Assembly: GCF_009914755.1 (NCBI RefSeq)
Contig: NC_060929.1
Source: the human T2T-CHM13v2.0 reference genome, Homo sapiens
Reading direction: 5' to 3' (one strand)
Length of the DNA stretch: 64,000 nt
Below, piece after piece: positions 19,771 through 39,128 of the stretch (position 1 is the first letter of the stretch; every line of letters begins with the position of its first letter). Position numbers and translations under genes: made by a program. A model generated the notes under the pieces. That model searched no databases. It was not told the origin of the DNA and saw nothing but the letters and a program-made list of their open reading frames with translations.

Positions 19771-19979
19771 AATACACTGGACTTTAGAAATCAATTAAGT
19801 GGTGAATTATGTGCGTAATTTTCACATAACTGCTTTTCCTTGTGATTATTTAAATACTTAAATGTATAAATATATATTCCAATAAATATATAAATATATA
19901 GAAATATTTATTTAAATTTATATTTCTATATTCCAGTATATAAATATATATGTACTTCAATATATAAAGTATATACCTA

Positions 19980-20022
<43 letters not shown>

Positions 20023-20536
20023 CCTATTACTTTACTGTTACTTTATTATAAAGTAATAGAAAGGTTGAGAAATGTGGCATCTTTTACTGTTGTTATTGTG
20101 ATCAGTAAATCTACTTTCCATTGCCAAGGTTGCTACAAATACCCTGCAATGGATACAGTAGGTTTTACAACCATTTTTACAGCAAAGTCTCTGATGGCTA
20201 TAGTTACATGTGTTATATGTTACTGTACTGATTATATTAGCCACATATTTTGTAAACCAAGGCAAATTCAAGTCTGCCATCAAAGAATATCAGGAAACAT
20301 ATAACTGTTGCAGTTTGGGTTTTACCATTGAACTGAAAAGATGATTCCCTTGCTGACTCAGATATTCCTGATTAATTTTTTTAAGAACTGTTGAAAGTTT
20401 TACAGAAGTACTTTAAAATATTATCTATATGATTTAATAAATAAATCAGTTCAGTAGTATTCCTGCTTAAGGAAGTTATATTAATCTGTGTAATTAAATG
20501 TAGTAAAGTTGATTCAAGTAAAGGTTTTTTTTTCTT

Positions 20537-22309
<1,773 letters not shown>

Positions 22310-22499
22310 TAATAAAACAGCACTTGAACCTGTTTTAAACTCTCTGAAAACATCCTAACTACATGGTTAAGACAGTCATGTATAAACCAATCATTATTTT
22401 TATTTGATTAATGAACTGTATATGTGAGCACAATGTACCACTGAATTGGATTCTAAAGGACAAAGAAGCATACAGTTCCGCAGATTTCCAAACTTATAA

Positions 22500-22813
<314 letters not shown>

Positions 22814-23564
22814 TAAAATGTTATTTTTAAACTGATGACTTGGTCCAGCTTTCATTCTTGGAGTAAATATTTTATTTGAAGTTACTAAGTCCTATTTCAG
22901 CTATCTTAACTTGTTTAGCAATAAAGCTTTTGGCTTTACTTCTATTCCTATTTACTTCTCTCTTGTTATAATTCTTCACCCAAATTTGACTCTTATTGAA
23001 TAAAAATTAGCAAAGAACCTATATTCTACCAGGGAGGAGGGGGCGGGGATAATATTCAAATAACTAAAAGCCAGAGCAGAAAAGAATATCTAAGTAAATG
23101 GTGCAGTTTTTCATAAAAGGGAATTTTTATTTCTGGCCTGGACAGAGTGAAGTAACAGAACTACAGTAGGAGTGATTGTGACAGCTGCTTGTTAATAAAA
23201 CACACCCTTACTGCAGGACGTATTAGAGACTATGTTAGGATCCAAATTCACTATGAAATCACTAAAAACATTTCTTGCAGAGTAGTTCCTATTGTTCTCA
23301 TTTGAAAGATAAGAAAACTGAGGCTTAGTTCAAATGACTTTGTCTGCAATATCCTGCAATTAATCTCATTCCTTTTGTTTAATATTTATTTGATTTATAC
23401 CTAAAGAGGATAATTCTAAATTCTGTTCCTTCTGTCTTCTATACTACCACTTGTATTACTGTTAATTTTTCAAATACAGACTCCCAAAATAAAGCATATA
23501 AGTAGAATGATTTGTCTGCCTTTTCAATTGCAGTACAGAATATAATTAGTCTACAGTATAACTT

Positions 23565-24220
<656 letters not shown>

Positions 24221-24569
24221 TAATAATTCTTGTGAGATCATCCCTTACTGGTGCTGTCTTCTTGTTTAACTGTTTTTAAAATTAGTCCCTCTTCATTTTC
24301 CAAATTCTATCCACAGAATAACAGGAAGCAAGTCATTTCCAGAGAGGCAAATGAATTTCCTTGCTTACAATTTTATGAAACTAGCTTTTTGTAGTCAGCT
24401 CTTTCTGAGAGTGGTGTTTTTTAATGTGGCCTTAAATACATCAAACTATTAACAATGATTGTTATTGGTCATTAAGATGTAGAGTAATTATTTTTTCTGT
24501 TTCTTTATATTAAATTGAGCCATATGAAAATACCAATATATGGTTTAATATAAATTTCCTAAAGGAAGT

Positions 24570-24990
24570 GTTTTTTTTCATGTAACAGAATGTCACAGAT
24601 AGGGGCCTCACCAGGCACAGTACCTCAAGGGTCTTGCTCCTCTCCTCTGTGATTCCCTTGGTTCCGCTCATTGTCCTGTGTTGTTTTTATTCTTAGGTTG
24701 ATAAGAGGATCATACTAGCAGTTCCTATAATTGCAACCAGATGGTAACTTTAACTGGAAGTTAGGGCCACACTCTTTTATGTCTCTTTCTTAAGAATGAG
24801 AAAGGTTTCCCTAAAGTCCTCCAACACAGTTGTTTCTTATTTTTATTTTTTTCACATCATTGTCCAGGATTAGATTATGAGATCATTCATAAACTAAGAC
24901 ATGGGGAGGAAAATGGAAGTACCATGATTAGTTCAGACTTACCAGTTGAGGTGGAATGGATATTGAGTAGCTAACCACCGTTCCACCAAC
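24570..24990 (-). mobile_element. Old MLT1-type LTR
   Basis: Degenerate MLT1J/K-like motifs (catcattgtccaggatt; tggatattgagtagctaacc). Confidence 0.45.
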
Positions 24991-27087
24991 TGTGTCTTGT
25001 ATGTTAACCATTGAAGTTCAATACAGTCAAATGGGGAAAAATTGTAGGTTTCTGGGAAAAAAAATAGTTTGTGCTGCTTAATATAACTTTTCTTGAATTT
25101 GCTATTGTTATCCTAATTTTGTTAGTTAGAGGCAATTTTTTTGTTTAGTTGCTAAATCATTTTGCACAAAGGAATTATAAAACTGAAAAACAAATCTCAG
25201 TTCTTGGACTGTTGGTAGAATTTTCAGCTTTTCCAGAAAGAAAAACTGATGAGGAGTCAGAGGCCGCATATGCTGACTAAAAATTACTCTCGCTTTTCTC
25301 GAAGCAAAATGGAGACAAATTCTCATAAGCAGTCTCAAGAAACACAAGTTTAAAAGAATGCTTTACAGCATGAATCAACAAATGGAAACAATACCTTCTT
25401 GCTATTTTGTTTGATTTAGTAAAATTATTTTTAAATTACCCTGATTTGATTATTACACATTGTATGCTTGTATCAAGATATCACAAGTACCTTATAAATA
25501 TGTAAAACTATTATGTATCCATAATAAAAATAATTAAGTTTTAAAATTATTTTAAAATCATTTAAATAATAATTTTATAATGATATAAACTAGAGGACAT
25601 TTTGACAATCTTGGTAACAGATTCTAAAAGCTAATATTGCTGTCATTTCAGGCTACTTTAGTAATTTCTGCCAAATATGTAACTTAAAAAGCCCTAAATT
25701 TGCTTTTTGGCTACTGCTGTTATGCTTCATTAAATATACTATTGTGTTATATGTGTTGATTACATTTTGTGCTCAATGCGATACTTGGCCATAAAATATT
25801 TCCTGGTTATTAACATCAGTATATCAGAATCAGATTGCAGATTCAATATAAGTATTTAGTGAGAAATCCTCGTTAAGAATATCTTATTCAAACAGTTATC
25901 AATTTGAAAATACTGTAGTTCTAATTTCTAAAACACTGTCTTAATTGTTGGGTATAACATAGTATCAGAATAAACACTAACCTTAGTCAAAGTAAATAGA
26001 ATATAAGATTGTATTAAAGTACTAATATTTACTTTAGAAATTTCTATTTAGTTTGTTCACTGGTATGTTGGTAGTAGGATAGTTCCTACTTAATTTTTTC
26101 TCTTAAAGGGAACTTTGCTGTGTTTGTCATTAAACAGGTAGCAAAAAGGAACTTTTATATAATTTTTTCCAAAATTTTTCTGAAGATTAAATTTGGCTAT
26201 TGATGAAAAAGAAATATTTGGGATTGGAGTCACTGAATGAAGGCATGGATTCTAAGGCATTATTATTTATGAATAGCAGTTTCATAGAGAAAGAAGAGGT
26301 ATCCAGGACAATAAGTGTGTAGGATACAGCATAGCGCATACTAATAGAATGTCTTGGTTGTTTATTATTTTATAGTCTGTTTGTTTGTAGAAGAAATAGG
26401 AATCCATTGCTATAACCAGAGTAGCATTTTTATTTTTAGTACCGTGGAAATTCTGTAAATGATAGAAAACTGAGCATTTTACATAGGATCTAATCTTCAG
26501 ATTTCAATGACTAAACCCTCCAGAACTGAGAAGTATTATAATAAAATAAGGAGCAACAGGACATAATCATATAGACTGAAGTGCTTCTTGAGCTTCTGTT
26601 ATTGACTGAATGCCCTTAGACCAATCTCTTGAATCTTGATTCCTCCTCATTACCAATTTGCCTGCCAAATAATATAGTTGGACTGCACTTCTAAAATCTT
26701 TCTCAGTTTTTGGTCTCTGTAATTGCCTGTTTTAATCTTGTAGACTACCCTAAAAAGACAATCCTTAGTCTTAATTGAAAGCTATTTATTTTATCCAAAA
26801 CAACAACAAAAATCCAAAAAACTTAAGAACATCCAGCAAATAATTGATCAGGATGACACTAGAATTCAGGCTTCCCTTCTAGGCCAAGGTTTTTTGTCCT
26901 TCTGAAATATTTCCAAGCTTTATTTGTAGTTTTGCACTAATAAAGAAGGATATTGTTTTTCTTTTTTTAATATTTTTTCTCTATTTTTTTGATCACCATC
27001 ATCCCATTCAGTACCAAGCGATATTCCTCACAGTTAATAAAAACTCAACACATGTTTGGTGATTAAAAGAATGAATGTAATTTTAAA

Positions 27088-27332
27088 AATATTTTTACCT
27101 ATTAAGCTTAGCAGCATGCATAGCCCAATGTGTTGCATACCTATTTCAATATTTGTACCTGTTAAGCTTAGCAGCATGCATAGCCCAATGTGTTGCATAC
27201 CTATTTCAATATTTGTACCTATTAAGCTTAGCAGCATGCATAGCCCAATGTGCTGCATACCTATTTCAATATTTGTATTTATGAAGCTTAGCAGCATGCG
27301 TAGCCCATGTATTGCATACCTATTTCAAATAT
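27088..27332. repeat. 60-bp minisatellite, about 4 copies
   Basis: Unit TACCTATTAAGCTTAGCAGCATGCATAGCCCAATGTGTTGCATACCTATTTCAATATTTG, aligned on consecutive 60-nt lines. Confidence 0.97.
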
Positions 27333-27744
27333 GTTGAAAGCCATCAAGGCATTAAATGTTGTGGTTACTTATGTTTGTTTTCATGTGAAACTATATATTT
27401 GAAATAGATTTATGTGTACTGGTAATCCATGTCACTGCCATATAATGTGATTGAGCAAGAATATAACATTCTTAGTTTTTCTTTATTTTATATTATAATG
27501 GTGGAAAACTGAAAATTCCAGTTAGTTCAGTTGTTTTCAGCTTAAATTTTGTCAATTCAGGATGTAAATATCATCCTGATAAAGATTCTACCCCTTTTTT
27601 CTCCTCTCTCTTCACTTCAAATTGATCCAAGTTCTGTGGAGACACACTTCATTATTCAGTTAATCTAAGACACCATTAATTTTAAGCAGATCATTAAGAA
27701 AGAAAAGAAATAGCTGTCAGTTAAATTGTGAAATTATGTAGCGA

Positions 27745-28044
<300 letters not shown>

Positions 28045-28522
28045 ATGATATTTTTAAATTATACAAGAATTGTGCACACTAGCCTCTTAGTACTTTTTCA
28101 CTGTGCTTTCTTTCTGAAGAATTTGGCAATTTATGTTTGCAGTTGTATTGCTTGGTGTATAATAGTTTCTCAAAACAGAAACTAGCAGAGTTTTCATTTA
28201 TCCAGGGTATCTTTCCATCTTAAGAGATATTTGTTTTTGGCAAGCATGTATGGGATTCATGTCATCATTTAGTGCTAAATATTTGCTTCACTGATATTAA
28301 TTATAGTTTACTATTCTCTTTTATGTATTTCTACACACAAAAAAATTCGCTTCAGTGGTGATTCATGAAATAAACTTTTTGAAGGTATTTTAAACCTCAT
28401 TAAATTCATCCTTATAACACCAAAAATGCATATAATTCACTCAAAGTGACAACAATGCAAAGAGCTTTGATCCACAAATACAGCCAATGGCAACTATGTA
28501 AGAATTGCCCCTGTCTGACAGC

Positions 28523-28614
28523 TACTGTAAGATGCCATCAATTGAAAGATGCATCTGAAGTTCAGAGATGTTAAAATGTGAAAAATGTGTGTCTTATAAA
28601 CTCTGAAATATAGT
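28523..28614. mobile_element. Ancient TcMar/Tigger-like terminal fragment
   Basis: cagagatgttaaaatgtgaaaaatgtgtgtcttataaactctgaaatatagta resembles a Tigger-class terminus. Confidence 0.45.
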
Positions 28615-28641
28615 ACCGTTCATAGGAAAGGTCATACTTGC

Positions 28642-29068
28642 TGTATTAGGGTTCTCTAGAGGGACAAAACTAATGGAATATATATGTATGGGAATTTACT
28701 AAGTATTAACTCACACGATCACAAGGTCCCACAATAAGCCATGTGCAGGCTGAGGAGCAAGGAAAGCAGGTCCGAGTTCCAAAACTGAAGAACTTGGAGT
28801 CCGATATTCGACGACAGGAAGCATCCAGCACAGGAGAAAGATGTAGGCTGGGAGGCTAGGCCAGTCTCTCACATTTTTCTGCCGCGTATATTCTAGCCAT
28901 GCTGGCGCTGATTAGATTGTGCCACCCCAGATTAAGAGTGGATCTGCCGCTCTGAGTCCACTGACTCAAATGTTAATCTCCTTTGGTAGCACCCTTACAG
29001 ACATACCCAGGATCAATACTTTGTATCCTTCAGTCCAATCAAGTTGACACTCAGTATTAACCATCACA
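28642..29068 (-). mobile_element. MLT2A (HERV-L) solo LTR
   Basis: tgtattagggttctctagagggaca..caagttgacactcagtattaaccatcaca; perfect TSD CTTGC at 28637 and 29069. Confidence 0.92.
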
Positions 29069-29222
29069 CTTGCAGTCTTCTATCTTTGCTGGCCACAGCT
29101 GAGGGATAGCTTGTCCTGCTTGGTTTTGGAGCACAGCCTCTATCCCTGCCATTCTTGCCAAAAGAGCGTCCTGTTAACAGACCCACTAAGATTATACCGT
29201 GTACTCCTGGTTCTGTTGCAGA

Positions 29223-29548
<326 letters not shown>

Positions 29549-29789
29549 TGCGGCATTTTTTTTGAGTCAACCAGTCTACCTTCTACAACTTCTATATCAC
29601 CTCTCCAGAGAGTAGGAATCCTTAGCTACTTTTCTCATACCATATTGATTCTCCACTTTTTTCAGACTGCTGTGGAATTCCTGAGAAAGAGCAACTGAGG
29701 GATAGCAACATGGATTTCACTGAGTAGGTGGCAATTGAGTTAAAGTTATTTTTTTAAAGATATAAGTTAATCAAATAAGAGCCTATGAA

Positions 29790-29875
29790 GGCCCAGCATG
29801 GTGGCTCATGCCTGTGATCCCAACACTTTGGGAGGCCAAGGTGGGCGGATCACTTGAGGTCTGGAATTCAAGACC
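29790..29875 (+). mobile_element. Alu left-arm fragment, 3' end lost
   Basis: ggcccagcatggtggctcatgcctgt..aattcaagacc, then an abrupt end. Confidence 0.9.
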
Positions 29876-31189
29876 TCGCTTAAGGCTGGAAGACCATGCT
29901 TAAGGCTGGAAGAGAATTGGCTTAATTCTTGATAAGTTAAAAATAATTCCAATTGGGCATATAAATAAGAATGCCTTCTTCAATATTACATTTGGTCGTG
30001 GTTGAGTCATGCCAGGGAGGGAGTGGGGAGTGGTGGTTCCTACAGTAGCCCCTGAACAGCATGAAAACATCCAGAATAGAATTCTGAGGAAATTCCCACT
30101 CAAGGAATGAAATACTCTAAATGAGAGAGCTGGTCATACAGTCTTATAAATATAAACAGGTTCAAGGAAATGTTGGGCACAATGTAATATGATTGCTAGA
30201 TCATAATAGTTATGCTAATTTGCATATGTTTTGAGGTTAATTACGAGTCTCAAAACGCCTTTCTGAAACCATATCTTAAGAGACTCTTTATGTGGTAGGT
30301 AATTTTCTATTTGAAAAAAATCTTTTAGATATTCCTCAGGGTCTCATATATAGTCAAGTTCAAAAGGCTATTTAGTGATAGAATTTGGATTAGGTTCTAG
30401 TAATTTTGTGTTCTCCTAGTTTATGAAACTGCAATTTTGATTTTACAGATTGACTTTTTTTCATAGTCTACAAATTCATTATCAGTATTATCATGGGTTT
30501 CAAGCGTTAAAAGGACAAGGGCTGTACAAAAGAATTCTAAGTGTTACATGTTTTTTTTTAATAACCTTCAGTATATTTTTTAAAGGATTAAATTTACTTT
30601 CAAAGTAAAAATATATTAGAACCTCATTATCTTATACTAATCATTTAGAGAACTATTACAGACTGCTGACTAAAGATTCAGATAAGATGAAAAAGAGCAT
30701 TATTCATTTTCAGATGTTTTTCCAATGAAGTTCTAAATGTTATTGATGATTATAAAGGAAGATTTATTAAGTTTGTAAAATATGCACATTTTGTTTTTTT
30801 TTTTAATTTGGTTTGATCAAATGCTTTTCATTACGATGGCTCTTACTAGCAGAAATATTTTTGGAAGGCAGGATTTAAATTAAGTAGTAGTAAAGTTGTA
30901 TAATTAGAATTAAAATCTATAAAAATTTGTATGTCAAAATATAGTTTTATATTATAATAAACTAGTTAGGCAATAAGAGAGTAAATGGGCAAACTTGCCC
31001 CATTGTAGTGTTTATTGGAAATCTTGTCTTTAGTATGGATAATTTTTGTTACCGTATTATAAATTTCCAAAGCATTGATTGTTTTATAGATTATACCTAG
31101 TAGCTTGTAGCTTTAGTAATCCTCATTTCTGAAGGTTAGAAATAGGAACAAATAACTGTATTTATAGGAACCATAGAAATGAATAACTG

Positions 31190-34181
<2,992 letters not shown>

Positions 34182-34499
34182 TATTGTATACTCAAGTCAA
34201 CTAAAGTCATTTATGAATATTATATGAGGATAAACTTTATTATGAATATAACCTAGTCTTTACTCACAGTAGTTAAATATAAAATTCCTTTAAATAGTTA
34301 GAATTTCTGTTTAATAGATAATTTCTGAAATAATTTAGACAAAATAAGCATGTGTTATTGGTGTTCTTTTTAATAATTTTTAAGACTAAGTACTTTTATT
34401 ATATTCTTCCTTCCCCTCCAAATCTTTCTGAATAGTTTTAAATGTTTTTAAAATTGTTCTAGAAAGGATATTTATGGTATTTTTTTCTTTTTCTTGCAG

Positions 34500-34503
34500 A
34501 TAA
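34500..34503 (+). CDS. FAM174A: FAM174A terminal exon, coding part (last base of Arg codon + TAA)
   Basis: Strong polypyrimidine acceptor ttttttcttttttcttgcAG ends at 34499. Joining exon 2 (..CGA AG) to A TAA gives ..HPRR*. Confidence 0.88.
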
Positions 34504-35060
34504 GAATGTGCCTTTTGATGAAAGAACTTTATCTTTCTACAATGAAGAGTGGAATTTCTATGTTTAAGGAATAAGAAGCCACTATATCAATGTTGGGGGG
34601 GTATTTAAGTTACATATATTTTAACAACCTTTAATTTGCTGTTGCAATAAATACCGTATCCTTTTATTATATCTTTATATGTATAGAAGTACTCTGTTAA
34701 TGGGCTCAGAGATGTTGGGGATAAAGTATACTGTAATAATTTATCTGTTTGAAAATTACTATAAAACGGTGTTTTCTGATCGGTTTTTGTTTCCTGCTTA
34801 CCATATGATTGTAAATTGTTTTATGTATTAATCAGTTAATGCTAATTATTTTTGCTGATGTCATATGTTAAAGAGCTATAAATTCCAACAACCAACTGGT
34901 GTGTAAAAATAATTTAAAATTTCCTTTACTGAAAGGTATTTCCCATTTTTGTGGGGAAAAGAAGCCAAATTTATTACTTTGTGTTGGGGTTTTTAAAATA
35001 TTAAGAAATGTCTAAGTTATTGTTTGCAAAACAATAAATATGATTTTAAATTCTCTTAAA
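34504..35060 (+). other. FAM174A: FAM174A 3' UTR (end approximate)
   Basis: Repeat-free AU-rich sequence after the stop codon, with AATAAA at 34646, 35033 and 35085 and a GU-rich tract at about 35071. Confidence 0.8.
35033..35038 (+). terminator. Probable main polyadenylation signal of FAM174A
   Basis: AATAAA followed about 35 nt later by a TTATGTGTTT downstream element. Confidence 0.7.
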
Positions 35061-35319
35061 GTGGTCCAAATTATGTGTTTATAAAATAAACATAAGACTA
35101 TAGAATTAAAAATTAATATATGTATTTGTAATTTGTCGGAAAATCTATCAAAATGTTATTCTATTTTAGCAACTACTATGTAACATATCTGCTTTGATTA
35201 GATATTTCAGAAATCTGTGAATTTTACAGCCATTTAATATCTTTACTGTATAGTAAGATGTAGAAATGGCAATAATGGCATAGTTCAAATACTTCATTGT
35301 GTTATGGAACAGGGGATTG

Positions 35320-35440
35320 AGGAATTAAACACATAGACTTTGGAGTCAGATCTATATTCAGAGACTGACTTCACGATCTCTGAACAAATTATTTAACCTC
35401 ACTGAGATTCAATTTTTCACATTCTAGAAGTTAGAGGAGA
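35320..35440 (+). mobile_element. MIR fragment
   Basis: agactttggagtcaga..tgaacaaattatttaacctcactgag core. Confidence 0.7.
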
Positions 35441-35509
35441 ACTTATAGGAAAAGCATGGGTCATGAACTCAGTTGCTTACTGAGACCAGGGACGTAATTT
35501 AAATGTGCA

Positions 35510-35875
35510 TGTAAGTCAGGATTGGCTAGGTCAGAGAGAGTTAACATATGGTTCCAAATCACAGTGGGTTGCAACAAGGATTTATTTTTCACTTCTGCTA
35601 CATGTTTGTTATGAACTATGATTCTGCTCTTTGTAGTCTTTTCTCCAGGACCAAAGATGATGTGAAAACCTCTGCCCCAAATGTTGTCTCATATCTAAGC
35701 ATCCAGATATAATGCACTGCATGCTAGTTCATTAGCTTTTGCCTCAAGGTGATAAATTTCAATTTCACCTACATTTTATTGGCCAAAACAAACCATAAGG
35801 CTGCACCCAAGTTCTACAAGGCAAGGATAGATAATTCTTTCGCAAGGAAGTAAATTGGAGTATTTGGCTATCCAC
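35510..35875 (-). mobile_element. Old MLT1-type LTR
   Basis: tgtaagtcaggat..aaatcacagtgg..tttatttttcac..cattttattggccaaaac. Confidence 0.5.
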
Positions 35876-35942
35876 AATGCAAACTTATTTTTACCTATAT
35901 GCCAACTGGCTTTCCATAGTGAATCAAGTCACCATGATGTCA

Positions 35943-35977
<35 letters not shown>

Positions 35978-36162
35978 GTGAGCAGAGACTAAAGTGGAAG
36001 GTATTTGTTCTTCTAAAGGAATCGGCCTCTCTTCAGATCCCACTAATAGTTACCATGAGAAAGTCCTTGCCTGTGTTGTTAGCTCTTAGTTTTTACTTTC
36101 CAAGAGAAGCCAAACCTACAGATATTGTGTATGAAATATCCCTAATTTAAAATGTTATTAGC

Positions 36163-36511
<349 letters not shown>

Positions 36512-36612
36512 TTATGACATGGAAAAAATCATATACTGTAGTATCTTGGAAATAATAATTTATTTAATAACTGCTGTCATTTATAAGCTAGCTTTTTCAT
36601 TAACACTCATTA

Positions 36613-36960
<348 letters not shown>

Positions 36961-38928
36961 TTAAAGTAAGGATCATTTTCATAAATGGTCTCCAAGTTGC
37001 TTTTAAAGAGGATGTTACCAAAATGTTTTCAGCACTGGCACCAACTTAATTAGAAATATACAATTTCTCTAGATGACTACTTCGAAAAGGATATCCTTCA
37101 ACTGGACATGGAAATTTTGTCATGTTTATTAAAAATTCCTTTATTATTTCCATTATTATTTTCATATAGTCATTCATATACTGCAAATCTAGTTATAATT
37201 ATTATAATAAGCCACACTTTTATTAAAGTGCTCAATAATACATCTACAAAATCACCTACAAAGCTGATATGCTGAATTTTAGCTTCATTAGATACGTAAC
37301 AAGCATGCTGATGAAATTGTTAGGATTTTTACCTAAAACCCTAAAACTCTATATGTACATTTAAAATTAACTGGTGATACCTTAGATGTAATAAAAACAT
37401 GTTGTTATTCTCCTTTCCCATTTGGTACCTCCTTTTAGTGGTATTATTGGTATTAGCCAAACCTAGGAATTAGAGATCAGTAGAGCTGGTACAGTTGAGT
37501 CTATAGCGCAGGAGGAGAATAAGTGGGAAGAAAGAATAGGTTTTGGAGTAACTTACAGGTGTTTTTTTATGCTTGAAGCTTCTGTCCAACCCACTGTGTG
37601 GAGCTAGAAAATCAAGTAACTTCTTTCTGCCCACCTTCTCTTAATTATTAGGTGGATACCCACTGCTATGAAAACAAACCCTTGGGCTGCCTGCACCTCA
37701 TCAGATTCTAGCTGGTGTTTGAGTTTCATTATTTTACCAAGGATACAGCCCATTGCCCTTAATCACCTATCCTCTATGTCTTTTTTTAATGTTTTTCTTT
37801 GGTACTTTAGTTTGAATTATATTCATTTTAATTTACTCATTATAGTTTTATCATTTTTACCTTATTTACTTTTCTATTTTTTTTAATTCTCTAACCACTT
37901 CCATTAAGTGAAGCAATAAAGAAAAGATTGTTTTCTCTTAAGTTGGGAGGTGAAAAATAGCTTATAAGGAAATAAATGAAGGGATGAAGACAGTGAAATG
38001 ATCCATTCCATAAAAATGGGCAGTTAGACTAATTATTTCCCTAAATACCCCTCTGGCCATCCCATCATTTTCAAGGATTTTTTAAATAAACAGTTTTATA
38101 TTCTGTGCCTTTGAAGAATCAAGCAAAAAGTATTCTCAACACCAATTTATGCTTGATTTGCTAAGATGGATGTTATTTCCATTAATTCTCACCATTTCTT
38201 AACATTAGAAATTGAATATTTTAAATTCATCGTCTTTAACATATTTTGCCTGTCTATGTCAGTCACCTGTTATATGGCAGGAGGTAAAAGTAGATGAGAG
38301 GAAATTTAGGGAGGAACTGTCTCTAAAACTTCTATGTCTGGCTGGTAAGAAACTATGGCTGCTGCATCTCCCGTCAAAAGATCCCATTGTAGATCCACAG
38401 TATAGGACCTATAGCCAGGTGTTCTGGCTCTATTTTTGCATCAGATTCTAGTATATGTGGTTTTATTTGCACTTCTCTTCATTCTTATTATACAGGTTCC
38501 TTCAGTACCCATGCCAGTACCCATGCCTGGTGATATACCAGGAATATGTTGAAATTACTCAGGTGTTTTTTCTTAAATAGGCTTTTTGAAGCAAAGTAAG
38601 CAAAACAACTCTGATAGTTACTTCTCTTAATCTGCCAGGGTTCTTTTTAGGTCAACCTGGGCCTGTACGTATTATTATTTGCCTAAAATGGAGTGGAAGT
38701 TCATTTCATCCTCGGATTCTTCTCACTCCCTTACCAGAAGAAAGTTCTTGACATAGCATGCAGCTTTCGCTGAGGGCTGACTTTTTCTGATTCTTTGTCT
38801 CCAAAGCCGGAAGTATGAGCATGTTTAAGCTCCAGACTTTGGTTCTTATTCCCTTGTTTCATGTATTTTTCTTAACGAATATATTGTTATTCATCCATGC
38901 AGGGTTCAAGCTCCCTCCCTAAAATATA

Positions 38929-39128
38929 AAGTTCAAGACTAGCCTGACTAACATGGTGAAACCCCATCTCTACTAAAAATACAAAAATTAGCCAGGCATA
39001 GTGGCGGGTGCCTGCAATCCCAGCTACTTGGGAGGCTGAGGCAGGAGAATCATTTGAACCCAGGAGACAGGTTGCAGTGAGCTGAGATCGTGCCATTGCA
39101 CTCCAGCCTGGGAGACAGTGAGACTCCC
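38929..39128 (+). mobile_element. Alu fragment (5' part and A-tail missing)
   Basis: aagttcaagactagcctg..gtgagactcc. Confidence 0.9.

Noticed and set aside
23030-23048. GC box or G-quadruplex-like AGGGAGGAGGGGGCGGGG as a promoter
   Set aside because: Isolated motif with no CpG island and only three G-runs of 3 or more.
27034-27337. Repeat proteins on both strands, or a CRISPR-like array
   Set aside because: Pure tandem 60-mer with no unique spacers; the frames stay open because 60 is a multiple of 3.
38503-38526. 12-bp tandem duplication CAGTACCCATGC
   Set aside because: Common slippage event with no further structure.
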